Shown here: in pieces, positions 19,047 through 29,313 of the stretch
How the letters are laid out: every line of letters begins with the position of its first letter
Position numbering within the stretch: position 1 is the first letter of the stretch
Source of the DNA: Candidatus Liptonbacteria bacterium
GTDB lineage: Bacteria; Patescibacteriota; Minisyncoccia; UBA6257; 2-01-FULL-56-20
DNA: 64,000 nucleotides
Direction: 5' to 3'
Assembly: GCA_016204355.1 (NCBI GenBank)
Contig: JACQKT010000018.1
Span: 4,987-68,986 of the forward strand
Made by a program: the position numbers and the translations under genes
Notes under the pieces: generated by a model
Databases searched by the model: none
What the model was told of the DNA's origin: nothing
The model's input: the letters and a program-made list of their open reading frames with translations, nothing else

Positions 19047-19604
19047 TTATGTCCCTATGATTCTCGAACTTACTGTTGTTTGAAGATTTACTTTATAACT
19101 CGACGCGGACTGATCTTTAGGTCCCCCGCTTATAAGAATGGTCACCCGCGGGGGGCGGTGATCGTTGTCCCGATTGCCTGAAATTATGAACGACAGATAA
19201 CTTATCGAAACTTTGCTGCTCGTTATTGTCTGTCCGGACCCGCAACCCAAGCCGCTATTGCGGACGATGGCCGCATTTTGAAGGCAATATGTCACGTCAT
19301 TCCCGTAAGCGTCGACGAACGAAATCGTGTTTTGAGAAGAACACGACGTATTCCCCGTGCATATATCTTTTGCGGTTCTTATCTCTCTCGTGATCTGTTC
19401 TATTATCGTGCTCAGATTGTCATTAACGTATGTAAAAGACGATGCCTGGCGCTCGGTTTTTAATGCCCTTACAAAACCGCCGGTAACTATGAGCATTGCG
19501 ATCGAAAAAACTCCCAGCGCGACCATTACTTCAATCAGAGTAAATCCCCCCCATAGTTCCATGCATGGAATAAATCTTCGTTGTTTTTTGAAATCTCTTT
19601 TCAT
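19047..19604 (-). CDS. type IV minor pilin (PilW-like)
   Basis: GFTLIEVMV prepilin cleavage motif. Confidence 0.85.
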   Translation of the reverse strand: MKRDFKKQRRFIPCMELWGGFTLIEVMVALGVFSIAMLIVTGGFVRALKTERQASSFTYVNDNLSTIIEQITREIRTAKDICTGNTSCSSQNTISFVDAYGNDVTYCLQNAAIVRNSGLGCGSGQTITSSKVSISYLSFIISGNRDNDHRPPRVTILISGGPKDQSASSYKVNLQTTVSSRIIGT

Positions 19605-19608
19605 TTTC

Positions 19609-20142
19609 TTAATTTCTCCAATTCATGAAATGATCTTCCAAATTGACCTGGAAGCTTCCTCCGCCGAGCCCGGTCCATGAAACTATAGAATTGATTTTTA
19701 TCTCGTTCTGTCCGACAGGAGTCACCCTGATAATCCGCATGAAGGGTGTCTGTCCAGAACCGCCGTAGCGGTAAACATGTCTATTAGAATCATATGCCAA
19801 AAATCTGTTTCGATTTTCCCTTAAAGAATTGCTGTCATACTCGACCTCGTAATCGCCGGCCGCAAACCCGTCGTTCCAGGCGTCCCTTCGAAGAGCGTTT
19901 TCATCAAATATGTTCTTGGCAACCTCGATTCCTTCCGTTGCAAGGTACGTGGCCGTATAGCTGTCGGTGGAAGATCTGTTAAGGCTCAGCGAACGTCCGA
20001 GCAGAGAAAGCACTGCCATAAATCCGACCACCAAAAAAGAAATTGCCACGAGTGCCTCGATAATAGATTGCCCTCCTTCGGAAAAAAAGCGCTTTTTCTC
20101 TCTTTTCGAACGAACAAAAAAACTTTTTGTCGGAATTAACAT
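19609..20142 (-). CDS. type IV minor pilin (PilV-like)
   Basis: GQSIIEALVA and ATYLATEGIE motifs. Confidence 0.8.
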   Translation of the reverse strand: MLIPTKSFFVRSKREKKRFFSEGGQSIIEALVAISFLVVGFMAVLSLLGRSLSLNRSSTDSYTATYLATEGIEVAKNIFDENALRRDAWNDGFAAGDYEVEYDSNSLRENRNRFLAYDSNRHVYRYGGSGQTPFMRIIRVTPVGQNEIKINSIVSWTGLGGGSFQVNLEDHFMNWRN

Positions 20143-20196
20143 GGTCGAAATTATTATAATCCCGAAGAGCTTTTAAAAAAATGCCGGATAAAAATG

Positions 20197-20811
20197 TTAA
20201 AAATCTATAAGCCCCGCAGAATTAATGTTTATTGAAGCCGACAGAGAACTATCCAGTGTTCTCAGCGAAACGGCTGCCGAGCCGTTCCTTATAATGCTCC
20301 CTCCGGAACCGACCAACGTCAGGGGTTGGGGCGGGATAAAAAGAACGTCGTCTAGTCGTTGCCCTGACGAAATGACGGTTGTAAATGAAACATTGTTGTC
20401 CAATTTAAAAGTTGAAATTATGTTTTCCGAGGCAGGATTTATGGAACTTATTCCCTGGCAGTCTGTTACTCCCGCCTTGCTGTAGCTGAAAATAGAATAA
20501 CTCATTTCGGAATAGCCTATATGAACGCCGTAACCGCAAATGTTCGAGGCCGAGGAACCGACATAAGAGCCTAACGCAAGCGATTTCGCCCTGAATATGG
20601 ATTGTATAAGTTTTGTCTGTTCGGCATAAAAAGCGATTTGCTGGCGGCTGGTATGGTTGTAAGAAATCAAAATTGACGAGAAAAGCGCGGTAATGGCCAT
20701 AACCACCAAAAGTTCGATGATTGTGTAACCTTCACTGCCGCACTTCTTAATTCTTTTCATTATGCGTGTGTAGTTTAATTTTATCACCTTGTCGCCATTA
20801 AAACCACGCAT
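20197..20811 (-). CDS. type IV minor pilin (FimT-like)
   Basis: GYTIIELLVV motif; the true start may be 20760. Confidence 0.8.
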   Translation of the reverse strand: MRGFNGDKVIKLNYTRIMKRIKKCGSEGYTIIELLVVMAITALFSSILISYNHTSRQQIAFYAEQTKLIQSIFRAKSLALGSYVGSSASNICGYGVHIGYSEMSYSIFSYSKAGVTDCQGISSINPASENIISTFKLDNNVSFTTVISSGQRLDDVLFIPPQPLTLVGSGGSIIRNGSAAVSLRTLDSSLSASININSAGLIDF

Positions 20812-20888
20812 TCGGACGTTTTACTTCAAAACCTGTCCTGTTTTCTATCCTGACCAATAGCGATATTTTGCCGACCGTTGCGGAATTT

Positions 20889-21743
20889 TTATTGCGACGG
20901 TAAAAAACTCAAGTAAAAATCGATGATTTCGTAACCGAAGAAAAAAACCGCGGCAGCAGAAAGCGCAATAAAAGGCCCGAAGGCAATTTGGCTTTTGAGT
21001 TTTTCCTTTTTAAGCGCTATCGCAATAATCCCGAAAATCGAACCGGTGATGAATGCGAGCATCATTACAAGAAGAATATCTGGCCAGCCGAAAATAAAAC
21101 CAATCGCCGCTACGAGTTTCAGGTCGCCGCCGCCCATGCCGCGGCCTTTTGTGACCGCTATCAAAAAAGCGAAGAAAATGGCGGCTACGGCAGCCGCAGC
21201 AATATGATTTATCCATACATTGGAGCGCAAACCCAGAAAAGAACCGTAATGCCCGAGAAAAGATCCTGTTAGCGCATCGAGCGGCTGGATTGCGGTTATA
21301 AGAAATCCCAAAAAAACAAGGGTTATACTCAGCTCATCGGGAATTATCTTCAGGCGAAAATCTATCAAAAGAACGAGAAGGAGTATCGAAAAAATGGCTA
21401 TCCATATGGCCGATAATAAATAAAAATTCTGATTGGTAAAGTAATAATACGAATACTCTATTTTCCTCGCGATAAAAACGAAAAGCAGCCCGCTCGTCAA
21501 TTCCGTAAATAAGTAATGCCATCCGATCCAGCGCCCGCACGAAAGGCATCTGCCTCTTTGAAAGAGGAAACTCAATACCGGAATCAGTTCGAACCAGCGC
21601 AGCTTCTTTCCGCATGTTTCGCATCGCGATCGTCCTCCGACGATGCTTTTGTCCAAAATAAAAACACCTTCCCTGTAACGGTCTCCGATCACGCCCAAAA
21701 AGCTGCCTATCCCAGCGCCCAAAAAAAATAGAAGCAAATTCAT
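20889..21743 (-). CDS. pilD: prepilin peptidase
   Basis: GSFLGV..R, RSRCETC, ELIPVLSF..QRGRC..C, MGGGDLKL and FGPF. Confidence 0.92.
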   Translation of the reverse strand: MNLLLFFLGAGIGSFLGVIGDRYREGVFILDKSIVGGRSRCETCGKKLRWFELIPVLSFLFQRGRCLSCGRWIGWHYLFTELTSGLLFVFIARKIEYSYYYFTNQNFYLLSAIWIAIFSILLLVLLIDFRLKIIPDELSITLVFLGFLITAIQPLDALTGSFLGHYGSFLGLRSNVWINHIAAAAVAAIFFAFLIAVTKGRGMGGGDLKLVAAIGFIFGWPDILLVMMLAFITGSIFGIIAIALKKEKLKSQIAFGPFIALSAAAVFFFGYEIIDFYLSFLPSQ

Positions 21744-21770
21744 GTTTGATCAAAATTCGGACAATACAAC

Positions 21771-21793
21771 AAAAGCCCGGATGTTACCGGGCT
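21771..21793 (-). terminator. intrinsic terminator after the major pilin
   Basis: AGCCCGG/CCGGGCT stem plus T-tract on the minus strand. Confidence 0.6.
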
Positions 21794-21801
21794 GGAGTCT
21801 A

Positions 21802-22266
21802 TCAGAATTTTATGCAGTAATTGGCACCCGTACAGGTAACTCCGTACTCACTTGTTTTGTAGCTGTTTTGAAGCGCGGGGTTGTTCTGATCCTCAAGTGT
21901 TGCTCCTATCACATAACTGGTTCCGTTGCCGTCAGTTCCGTAGTAATACGTCGCTCCGCCGCTGAGATCATTTGGAATTTGACTGACTCCGATATTGCTG
22001 CCCGTAAGCGCAGCTTGCACTCCACTCCAGGTGTTTACCGAGGCACGGGCGCCACAGGGGTAAGTTGCCTGCGCGGTTCCCGGGTAATATCCGCATTTCG
22101 AATAATAAAGTTCAAGGGCGTTCTGACTTTGCCGGAGATCCGATATTCTTCTCGCGTCTCTTCCCTGACGCTGGGCGGGACCGAAACCTATCAGCACTAT
22201 GCTCGCCAAAACGGCTATTATCGCAACCACTATCAAAATTTCTATAAGCGTAAAACCTTTTTTCAT
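21802..22266 (-). CDS. type IV major pilin
   Basis: MKKGFTLIEILIVVAII, RDARRISDL, Cys pairs, own terminator. Confidence 0.88.
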   Translation of the reverse strand: MKKGFTLIEILIVVAIIAVLASIVLIGFGPAQRQGRDARRISDLRQSQNALELYYSKCGYYPGTAQATYPCGARASVNTWSGVQAALTGSNIGVSQIPNDLSGGATYYYGTDGNGTSYVIGATLEDQNNPALQNSYKTSEYGVTCTGANYCIKF

Positions 22267-22316
22267 AGCTTTATTTTAACATATTGATATCCGACCCATA
22301 TGTGGATAACGCGAAT

Positions 22317-23531
22317 TTAGTGAATTGTCCCGACAAGCTGGTAAAGCGGCAGAAGAACCGAAGCAAAAAGTATCCCTATCACGATTCCTATCCCTATAAT
22401 CAAGACCGGCTGTATCAACTCGACTATGTTACCTATGGCCGCATCTGCTTCCCGGCCGTAGAATGCCGATATGCGCGAAAAAGTTGACTCCAGCTGCCCC
22501 GCTTCTTCTCCCACGGCGATCATTTGCGTAACAAGCGACGGAAAATATTGTGGATATTTTGAAGCGGATGCCGAAATCGTTTGCCCCTGGCGCACGTCTT
22601 CGGCAATTTGATGCATTATTTCGCGATAAACGACATTGTCGGCCGTTTCGCCGATTATCTCCATAGATTGGACGACTGGCACGCCTCCTTTCAAAAGCAT
22701 GGATGCCGAATTCGATATACGGGTGATCGTCAACGGGAGATAAATTTTATTCAATATCGGGAGAGAAATCTTGAATTCGTCCTTAACGGCTTTTCCTTCC
22801 GGGGTCCGAAAATAATCGACGATCATCAGGGCGATTCCGAAAAGCGCAAAAAGGATAACTGGCCACCACTGATTGAGAAACGCGCTTACCGCCACTATTA
22901 TCAATGTGAACAGAGGAAGTTCAACGCCCGCTTCCGAGAATATCGGCCCGACTTGTGGAACGACGAATGTCGCCAATATGAACGAAACGACGAAAAATAG
23001 AATTATCAAAATGGCCGGATAAATAAGCGCGGACTGCGCTTTCTGCTCGAGAGAATATTCGCGTTCAAGATAGTCGGCCAAAAATCCCATGACATTTTCA
23101 AGATTGCCCGTTAATTCGGCTGACCTGACCATGCTCGTAAAAAATCCAGAAAAGATTTCCGGCTGCCTTTCCAGCGCCTGCGAAAACGACAAGCCGGCAT
23201 CGATGTTTTCGGAAATTTGGAGCACTGCCTCTTTTAGCATCGGGCTGGTCGTCTGTTTATGCAAAGTTTTCAGGCTTATATTAAGAGGAACGCGCGCTTC
23301 AAGAAGTATGGCGAGTTGGCGAGTGAATATGACAAAATCCTTTTTGTGCAGGCGATTAGAAAAATAATCGCTCAATTTTTCATACCATCTGGATTTCTCC
23401 GCTTCCTCCAGGCTGAGAATGAAAAGGTTGTGTTCCGCCAAAATGCTAGTCGCCGCTTCTTTGCTTGCGGCTTCAACCACTCCGATTTGGTTTTCTCCTT
23501 CTTTAGTTTTAGCCTGATATTTGAATTTCAT
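22317..23531 (-). CDS. pilC: type IV pilus platform protein (T2SS F family)
   Basis: FTRQLAILL, ALIYPA, VGEEAGQL; start placed at MKFKY. Confidence 0.92.
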   Translation of the reverse strand: MKFKYQAKTKEGENQIGVVEAASKEAATSILAEHNLFILSLEEAEKSRWYEKLSDYFSNRLHKKDFVIFTRQLAILLEARVPLNISLKTLHKQTTSPMLKEAVLQISENIDAGLSFSQALERQPEIFSGFFTSMVRSAELTGNLENVMGFLADYLEREYSLEQKAQSALIYPAILIILFFVVSFILATFVVPQVGPIFSEAGVELPLFTLIIVAVSAFLNQWWPVILFALFGIALMIVDYFRTPEGKAVKDEFKISLPILNKIYLPLTITRISNSASMLLKGGVPVVQSMEIIGETADNVVYREIMHQIAEDVRQGQTISASASKYPQYFPSLVTQMIAVGEEAGQLESTFSRISAFYGREADAAIGNIVELIQPVLIIGIGIVIGILFASVLLPLYQLVGTIH

Positions 23532-23646
23532 ATGCTTACGCACATAATGCGAATGACACTAATTTTGTGCGAATGTTGCAAATACCGCGAATGCATTTCT
23601 TGGTTTTTTGCATTATTCGCATACATTCGTAGGTTGGCATTATGTC

Positions 23647-24723
23647 TCACTGCATCCTCTCCAAAAGAATTCTCAATTCCGCAGGATTCGGCGAATAAAG
23701 CTCGGCATTTTCGAGCGATACTTCTTTGTTTTTTACTAACCCGGCCAGCGAGCGGTTCAACGTAACCATTCCTTCCTGCAGGCTTGTCTCTATGACCAAA
23801 TCTATCTGATATATCTTTTTTTCGCGTATAAGATTCCGTATTGCCGGATTGACGATCATTACTTCAAGAACAGGAACGCGTCCGCCGGAAAGACGCGGAA
23901 GAAGTCTTTCGGAAACTATCGCAACGAGAGTCGAAGCGAGCTGGGAGATCACCTGCCCCTGCTGTTCCGAAGCGAAAGAATCTATTATTCTGTCGACGGT
24001 TTGAGAAGCGGAATTCGTGTGGAGCGTCGAGAAAACAAGATGCCCGGTTTCTGCCGCCGTCATTGCGGTGGAGATGGAAACGGAATCGCGCATTTCCCCT
24101 ATCATGATAACGTCGGGGTCCTGGCGGAGCACCGTTCTGAGACCGGCGTGGAAACTTGGTGTATCGCTGCCGACTTCTCTTTGTGAAACTATGCACCTGT
24201 CCTGAACGAAAATATATTCTATGGGGTCTTCAATTGTTACGATGTGATCGGTTCTGTCGTGGTTTATTTCATCGAGCATCGCCGCGAGCGTCGTCGATTT
24301 TCCGTGTCCCGCTGGCCCGACAACAAGAATGAATCCCTGGGATAATTTGGTGAAGTCATGCAATATCGGCAAAAGTCCAAGTTCTTCTATTGTTCTTATC
24401 CTTGAAGGTATGAGACGGAGCGACGCAGCCATATATCCGCGTTGGAAGTAAACGTTGACCCTGAACCTCGCTTTATCTTCGAAATTGTAAGCGAAATCGA
24501 GTTGGCGCTTTTCCAAAAAAGTTTTTTTCTGTTCCGGAGTAAGCAGGGTCGAAATAAGCTGGTCGATTGTTTCCGGCGTCAGCTGCGGTTCTTTTTGTAT
24601 CGGAATCAAAACTCCGTCGACTCTCAGCGTGGGCCTGCGCCCGACCGACATATGCAAATCCGAAGCGTTCTGCCGCGCCGCGGTCAGCATGATTTCTTTC
24701 ATTTGTTCCTGCGGAGTTGCCAT
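23647..24723 (-). CDS. pilT: type IV pilus retraction ATPase
   Basis: ASDLH, GPAGHGKSTTLA, TIEDPIE, LRQDPD and AETGHLVFSTLHT. Confidence 0.93.
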   Translation of the reverse strand: MATPQEQMKEIMLTAARQNASDLHMSVGRRPTLRVDGVLIPIQKEPQLTPETIDQLISTLLTPEQKKTFLEKRQLDFAYNFEDKARFRVNVYFQRGYMAASLRLIPSRIRTIEELGLLPILHDFTKLSQGFILVVGPAGHGKSTTLAAMLDEINHDRTDHIVTIEDPIEYIFVQDRCIVSQREVGSDTPSFHAGLRTVLRQDPDVIMIGEMRDSVSISTAMTAAETGHLVFSTLHTNSASQTVDRIIDSFASEQQGQVISQLASTLVAIVSERLLPRLSGGRVPVLEVMIVNPAIRNLIREKKIYQIDLVIETSLQEGMVTLNRSLAGLVKNKEVSLENAELYSPNPAELRILLERMQ

Positions 24724-24800
24724 GTTCTTATTAAATTTATGATTTAAGAATTAGGATTTAAGAAATTAACTTAATGACATCATGATTCTTATCCAGTATA

Positions 24801-26528
24801 TCACGATTCCTGTGTTTCCCCAATAACTTCTTCGATGCTTATCAATCCCGAAAGCGCTTTTAAAATCCCATCCTGGCGCAAAGTTGCCATCCCTTGACGC
24901 CTCGCTTCACCGTAAATCCTTTGCGCAGTCGGTCCGGAGTTTACTATGCCCTCGAGTTCTTTAGACATCTTCAAAATCTCGAATATCGCTATTCTTCCGA
25001 CTATTCCTCTCCCTTGGCATTTGGCACAGCCCTGACTTTTATATATTTTGTATGGTTCGGAATAATCCGCTCCCATTTTCGGAGGCAGGCCGGAAAGTTC
25101 CTTCTTTATTATTTTTTGGATTTCCGCAGGGGCAGTTTCTGGTTTCTCGCAATCCTGGCAAAGTTTCCCGACCAGACGCTGGGATACCATAAGATTCAGA
25201 GCGGAAGGGAGCAGAAAGGGTTCCACTTTCATGTCGATGAGGCGCGGTATCACTCCCACCGCGTCATTTGTGTGGAGCGTAGAAAGAACTATGTGTCCGG
25301 TAAGAGCGGCATGAACGGCCAAGCCGGCTGTTTCGTTGTCTCTTATTTCTCCGACCATTATGATGTCGGGGTCCTGGCGCAAAATTTCGCGCAATCCCGA
25401 GGCGAAATCATAACCTATCTCCGGCCGCACCTGAGACTGATTCAGCCCCGGAATAAAATACTCGACGGGGTCCTCGAGGCTGAGTATATTGACGTTTTCT
25501 TTGTTCAGACCTTGTAGGAGCGCGTAAAGCGTGGTTGTTTTTCCGGACCCGGTCGGCCCTGTGAGCAATATCATCCCGAACGGCTTCAATAAAGCTTCTT
25601 TAACAATCTCAAGATTATTTCCTTCAAGCCCGAGCTGATCGAAGCTTTTAAGGCCGACTGAGGGATCCAGAACGCGTATGGCAACTTTTTCCCCCATCGG
25701 GGTCGGGAAAGTGGAAACCCTGAAGTCTATTTCCCTGTCGAATACCCGGGTTCTGAAACGCCCGTCCTGCGGCACTCTTGTTTCGTCGATTTTAAGGTTG
25801 GACATGACCTTAACGCGCGAAACAACGGCCTGCGAAAGTTCCGCCGGCAGACTTATTTCTTCTTTAAGGCGTCCGTCTATTCTGAACCTCACCCTCAAAT
25901 AATTTTCCAAGGGTTCTATATGAACGTCCGAAGCTCCTCTTTGAACCGCCTCGCTGAAAGTTTTCGCGACTATTTTTATTATCGGCGCATCATCGGAATT
26001 GCTTGAAACGGCTTCATCCAATCTTACCAGCGGCCTGCCGGCAGATTCGCTTTTCAGATTCAGAGAACGCACCGCAGCCTCGACTTCGCTCTTGTATGGA
26101 GAATACTTTTTAAGGACATTCTGCCAATCAGAATAGGAAATTAGATATACTCCCAGGTTCAGCCGGAGCCTGCGAGCTATGAACTTTAAAGCTTCCTGGG
26201 CTTTCGGGTCGTCTGGGTGAATCATTCCGACGACCAAAAGATTGTCGTTCTTGGAAATCGGCACGGCTCCGTAAGTTCTTACGGTCTCTTCGGGAATGGT
26301 TCCCAAAACGTTTTCATCCAACTTGGAAACGTCTACTTTTTGATACGGTATTTTGAGGATTTCGCTTTTTATATTCGCTACAGCCGTATCATCAAGAAGC
26401 CGCTGCGAATAAATAAGGTCTTCGACAGAACGCCCGGAAAGAAGCGACTCCCTTTTGAGCTTATTGGATGTTTCTTCGTTTATCAGCCCCTGTTTTTGGA
26501 TTTCTCCCAAAAGTTGTTCTGTAGTCAT
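24801..26528 (-). CDS. pilB: type IV pilus assembly ATPase (GspE/PilB)
   Basis: ASDVHIEP, PQDGR, GPTGSGKTTTLY and tetracysteine motif. Confidence 0.93.
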   Translation of the reverse strand: MTTEQLLGEIQKQGLINEETSNKLKRESLLSGRSVEDLIYSQRLLDDTAVANIKSEILKIPYQKVDVSKLDENVLGTIPEETVRTYGAVPISKNDNLLVVGMIHPDDPKAQEALKFIARRLRLNLGVYLISYSDWQNVLKKYSPYKSEVEAAVRSLNLKSESAGRPLVRLDEAVSSNSDDAPIIKIVAKTFSEAVQRGASDVHIEPLENYLRVRFRIDGRLKEEISLPAELSQAVVSRVKVMSNLKIDETRVPQDGRFRTRVFDREIDFRVSTFPTPMGEKVAIRVLDPSVGLKSFDQLGLEGNNLEIVKEALLKPFGMILLTGPTGSGKTTTLYALLQGLNKENVNILSLEDPVEYFIPGLNQSQVRPEIGYDFASGLREILRQDPDIIMVGEIRDNETAGLAVHAALTGHIVLSTLHTNDAVGVIPRLIDMKVEPFLLPSALNLMVSQRLVGKLCQDCEKPETAPAEIQKIIKKELSGLPPKMGADYSEPYKIYKSQGCAKCQGRGIVGRIAIFEILKMSKELEGIVNSGPTAQRIYGEARRQGMATLRQDGILKALSGLISIEEVIGETQES

Positions 26529-26616
26529 GCCAATTTTTGGTGTGGGTTTGGTTTTGGGCGCCTGTCTTTTTTATTTCTGCTTTAACCGGCGTCCACACCT
26601 AAACCCAAAATCAAAT

Positions 26617-26907
26617 TTAGAATCCCAGAAACGGATTCGTCCTGCCAATATTCTTCGGCTCCGGAGCATCAATGTATTTTTCCAAAGATTGGAATACGGA
26701 ATCGTTGATGAGCTTGTCCGAGTTTATGCTTATTTTCGCCAGTTCCTGGATATTGTTCAAAGAAGGCGATGCCGTAAATTCAACTAGTTCCGGCTTTTTG
26801 AAAAAAATATAATAAACGCTTGTCGTAATTATGCCCAGCGTGATTATCCAGATCAAAAGGCTCGCCAATATACCGCTATCTCTTTTTTCTTCGATTATTA
26901 TTGCCAT
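26617..26907 (-). CDS. small membrane protein in pilus operon
   Basis: TM segment, ends GRTNPF; lies between pilO and pilB. Confidence 0.7.
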   Translation of the reverse strand: MAIIIEEKRDSGILASLLIWIITLGIITTSVYYIFFKKPELVEFTASPSLNNIQELAKISINSDKLINDSVFQSLEKYIDAPEPKNIGRTNPFLGF

Positions 26908-26909
26908 GT

Positions 26910-27521
26910 TTATTGCGTCTGATAATAGGTTGTGACCGTTAAATTGTACAGGTAAACATCTTGGTTTGATTTTCCTGTAGGCTGAAGATCTATTCTTTTG
27001 ACATCGAATATCCTGACATTTGTTTCGAGATTTTTCATGAAAGATTTAAAATCGCCGTAAGAGCCGGCCATTTTTACCTGTAAATCGATAGATGCGAACG
27101 GCTTTGCCGTCGTTTGGCTGGAAAGATTACCGCCGCCGGTGGATGATATCTGGTTCACCGGCGCATTTACGGTGATGCCCTGCAATAAAAGCTTATTTAC
27201 CTGTATGAGACCGCTTATCTGCGAAAAAGCTCCGGCGAGATCGGGAGAAACGGGAAGAATGGATGAAACAAGATTTTGCAATTCCCCTTCTCCTTTGTAT
27301 GAATTTATCAGGCCCTGAACCTGCGTGATAGCGGCCTTTTGCCCGTCGACGAATTCCTGCCTGCCTATCATTTCCGCCTTGATGTGCTGATTTTCGTCGT
27401 TGGCAGGCAATATCAGATTGAAATAAATAACCATCGCGGATGCGAAAAGAATGAATGACACTATGAGACTCAAGAATCTTTTTGCGGTTTGCTTCATTTT
27501 AAAATTATTGTTGGGAGACAA
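26910..27521 (-). CDS. pilO: type IV pilus assembly protein PilO
   Basis: TM, GSYGDFKSFMKNLE..RIF motif and synteny. Confidence 0.8.
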   Translation of the reverse strand: MSPNNNFKMKQTAKRFLSLIVSFILFASAMVIYFNLILPANDENQHIKAEMIGRQEFVDGQKAAITQVQGLINSYKGEGELQNLVSSILPVSPDLAGAFSQISGLIQVNKLLLQGITVNAPVNQISSTGGGNLSSQTTAKPFASIDLQVKMAGSYGDFKSFMKNLETNVRIFDVKRIDLQPTGKSNQDVYLYNLTVTTYYQTQ

Positions 27522-28068
27522 TTTTATTAAGCGTACCCTCTCTCAATGTTAGGGTAACATCGAATTCCCATAAATTGCCGCTCGAAATCGTAAAACTGTT
27601 TATTGCCACTTTTTCTATAAGCGGATCATTTTGAAAAACTGAGAGCTGGGCCGCGAAATCATCCGCCGTTCTTGAAAACCCCCTGAGACTGATTTCGTTC
27701 GTTAAAGACAAAAGAACGAATTTCGAGTAATAAACGCTGGCTTCGGTGTTCTTTTCGAGCCAATCAAAAACCTGCGACGAAATAATATGTTCCGAAAGAA
27801 TATTCTGAAGATTGGCTATTTGTGAGTAAAACGAAATAAGTTTTTGCTGATCCTCAGGCGGAACCTGCTGAGCAAAAGTTTGAATTTGCTTGTCCAAGTC
27901 CGCAACCCGGCTTTCAAGATAAGGTTCATACCCATAAATAAGCCCGACATAAACGGCGACGCTCAGAAAAAAAACTGTTCCACTGAACATCATTAGCCGC
28001 CCCGACCACCCCGAGGTTTGAACTCTTTTTTCGCTGAGCCTATCGACTAATTGTTCAGGAAGCGCCAT
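27505..28068 (-). CDS. pilN: type IV pilus assembly protein PilN
   Basis: TM, coiled coil and ferredoxin-like C-terminus; lies between pilM and pilO. Confidence 0.7.
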   Translation of the reverse strand: MALPEQLVDRLSEKRVQTSGWSGRLMMFSGTVFFLSVAVYVGLIYGYEPYLESRVADLDKQIQTFAQQVPPEDQQKLISFYSQIANLQNILSEHIISSQVFDWLEKNTEASVYYSKFVLLSLTNEISLRGFSRTADDFAAQLSVFQNDPLIEKVAINSFTISSGNLWEFDVTLTLREGTLNKIVSQQ

Positions 28069-28108
28069 TTTGATTTTTAAAAGACTGGGCCCTTGATAAT
28101 CGGCGTCT

Positions 28109-29215
28109 TTATGTAAATTCTCTCAGAGCGAGCCCCAAAGATACGCTCAAAAAAGAATTCAATTCTTTGGCGAGCGGCTCTACTGCCGCGGGGTACTCGA
28201 ATTTGGAAAGAGGAGCCGCCTTTACCGTCGGTATTCCGAGACTGGATTCGAAATATTTCTCCAATCCAGCCAAATTCGCGCCGCCGCCACTAACCACTGC
28301 GCGTTCTATCTTTTTCGAATTCGGAACTTGGCTTTTGTAATTCGCTTCCACCCTCTTTACCTCACTAATTATAGCATCCAAAAAAGGCATCATTATTGTG
28401 GATAACTCGTAATTCGGTCCCGTTCCTCCTACGCCTCTCTCTCTTTTAAGCTCTTCGGCGCGAAGCGGATTTATATTGAGGCCCGAAGAGACTGCCTGGG
28501 TTATCGAAGCACCCCCGAAATCGCTCTGACCGGAAAAACGTATTGTTCCACCTTCTGTTATGACTATCGCCGTGGAACGGCTTCCGATGTCTATTATAAA
28601 AGTAGGCGTTGGGTCGTTTCCGACAAGCGCCCTGAGCAAACTCAGGCTTTCTATTTCGAGAGCAGCCAAACGAAGTCCGGCCTCGCTGAAAATGCGCTGA
28701 TATTTTTTTACCTGTTCTTGAGGAACGGATATCAAAAGAATCTGCTGAAGAAGAAATCCTTTTTCGTCGCGGTACTCGCCGACTTTCATCCAATCTATGA
28801 CAACTTCGGGAACTGGCATCGGTATGTACTGTTTGATGCCGAAAGAAATCGCTTTCTCGAGATCTTTTTTCGACATCTCGGGAAAAGTCAAAATGGTGGT
28901 AAAAGCAGAAAATACCGGAAGAGAAGCAAGTGCTTCCGTCGTCATCGGCTTCATTTGCTCGACGGCAACCTTCAAAAGTCTCGCAACTTCGTTTTCGAAA
29001 AGTTTGAGGCTGCTTGTCTGAATGGCGGTATTGGCGCGGAGCAAGGACCCCTTGTCTTCCAATATGCAATAATTCATGAGTTGCGGAAGGTTTTCTCCCT
29101 GGCCAACTTCGGCTATTTTTATCGAAGTCGTTCCTATATCCACGCCGAGGTAAACGGGGGCTATTTTTTGTTTTATCGAACCGAGCAAATTTATGGATTT
29201 GAAGATGTCGTCCAT
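28109..29215 (-). CDS. pilM: type IV pilus assembly protein PilM
   Basis: GVDIGTTSIK, IIDIGSRST, VSGGGANL and GLALR actin-like motifs. Confidence 0.92.
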   Translation of the reverse strand: MDDIFKSINLLGSIKQKIAPVYLGVDIGTTSIKIAEVGQGENLPQLMNYCILEDKGSLLRANTAIQTSSLKLFENEVARLLKVAVEQMKPMTTEALASLPVFSAFTTILTFPEMSKKDLEKAISFGIKQYIPMPVPEVVIDWMKVGEYRDEKGFLLQQILLISVPQEQVKKYQRIFSEAGLRLAALEIESLSLLRALVGNDPTPTFIIDIGSRSTAIVITEGGTIRFSGQSDFGGASITQAVSSGLNINPLRAEELKRERGVGGTGPNYELSTIMMPFLDAIISEVKRVEANYKSQVPNSKKIERAVVSGGGANLAGLEKYFESSLGIPTVKAAPLSKFEYPAAVEPLAKELNSFLSVSLGLALREFT

Positions 29216-29313
29216 CGTTATTAACAGTTATTATTATAGCATGAGTTTAAACGCCGAATGTGCGGCGCGCGACTCCGCCGACAATAAAGAAATTAAATTT
29301 TAGTTCGCTTTCT

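Noticed and set aside
28397-28405. DnaA box / replication origin
   Set aside because: Lies inside pilM; the boxes in this window are isolated and no dnaA gene is nearby.
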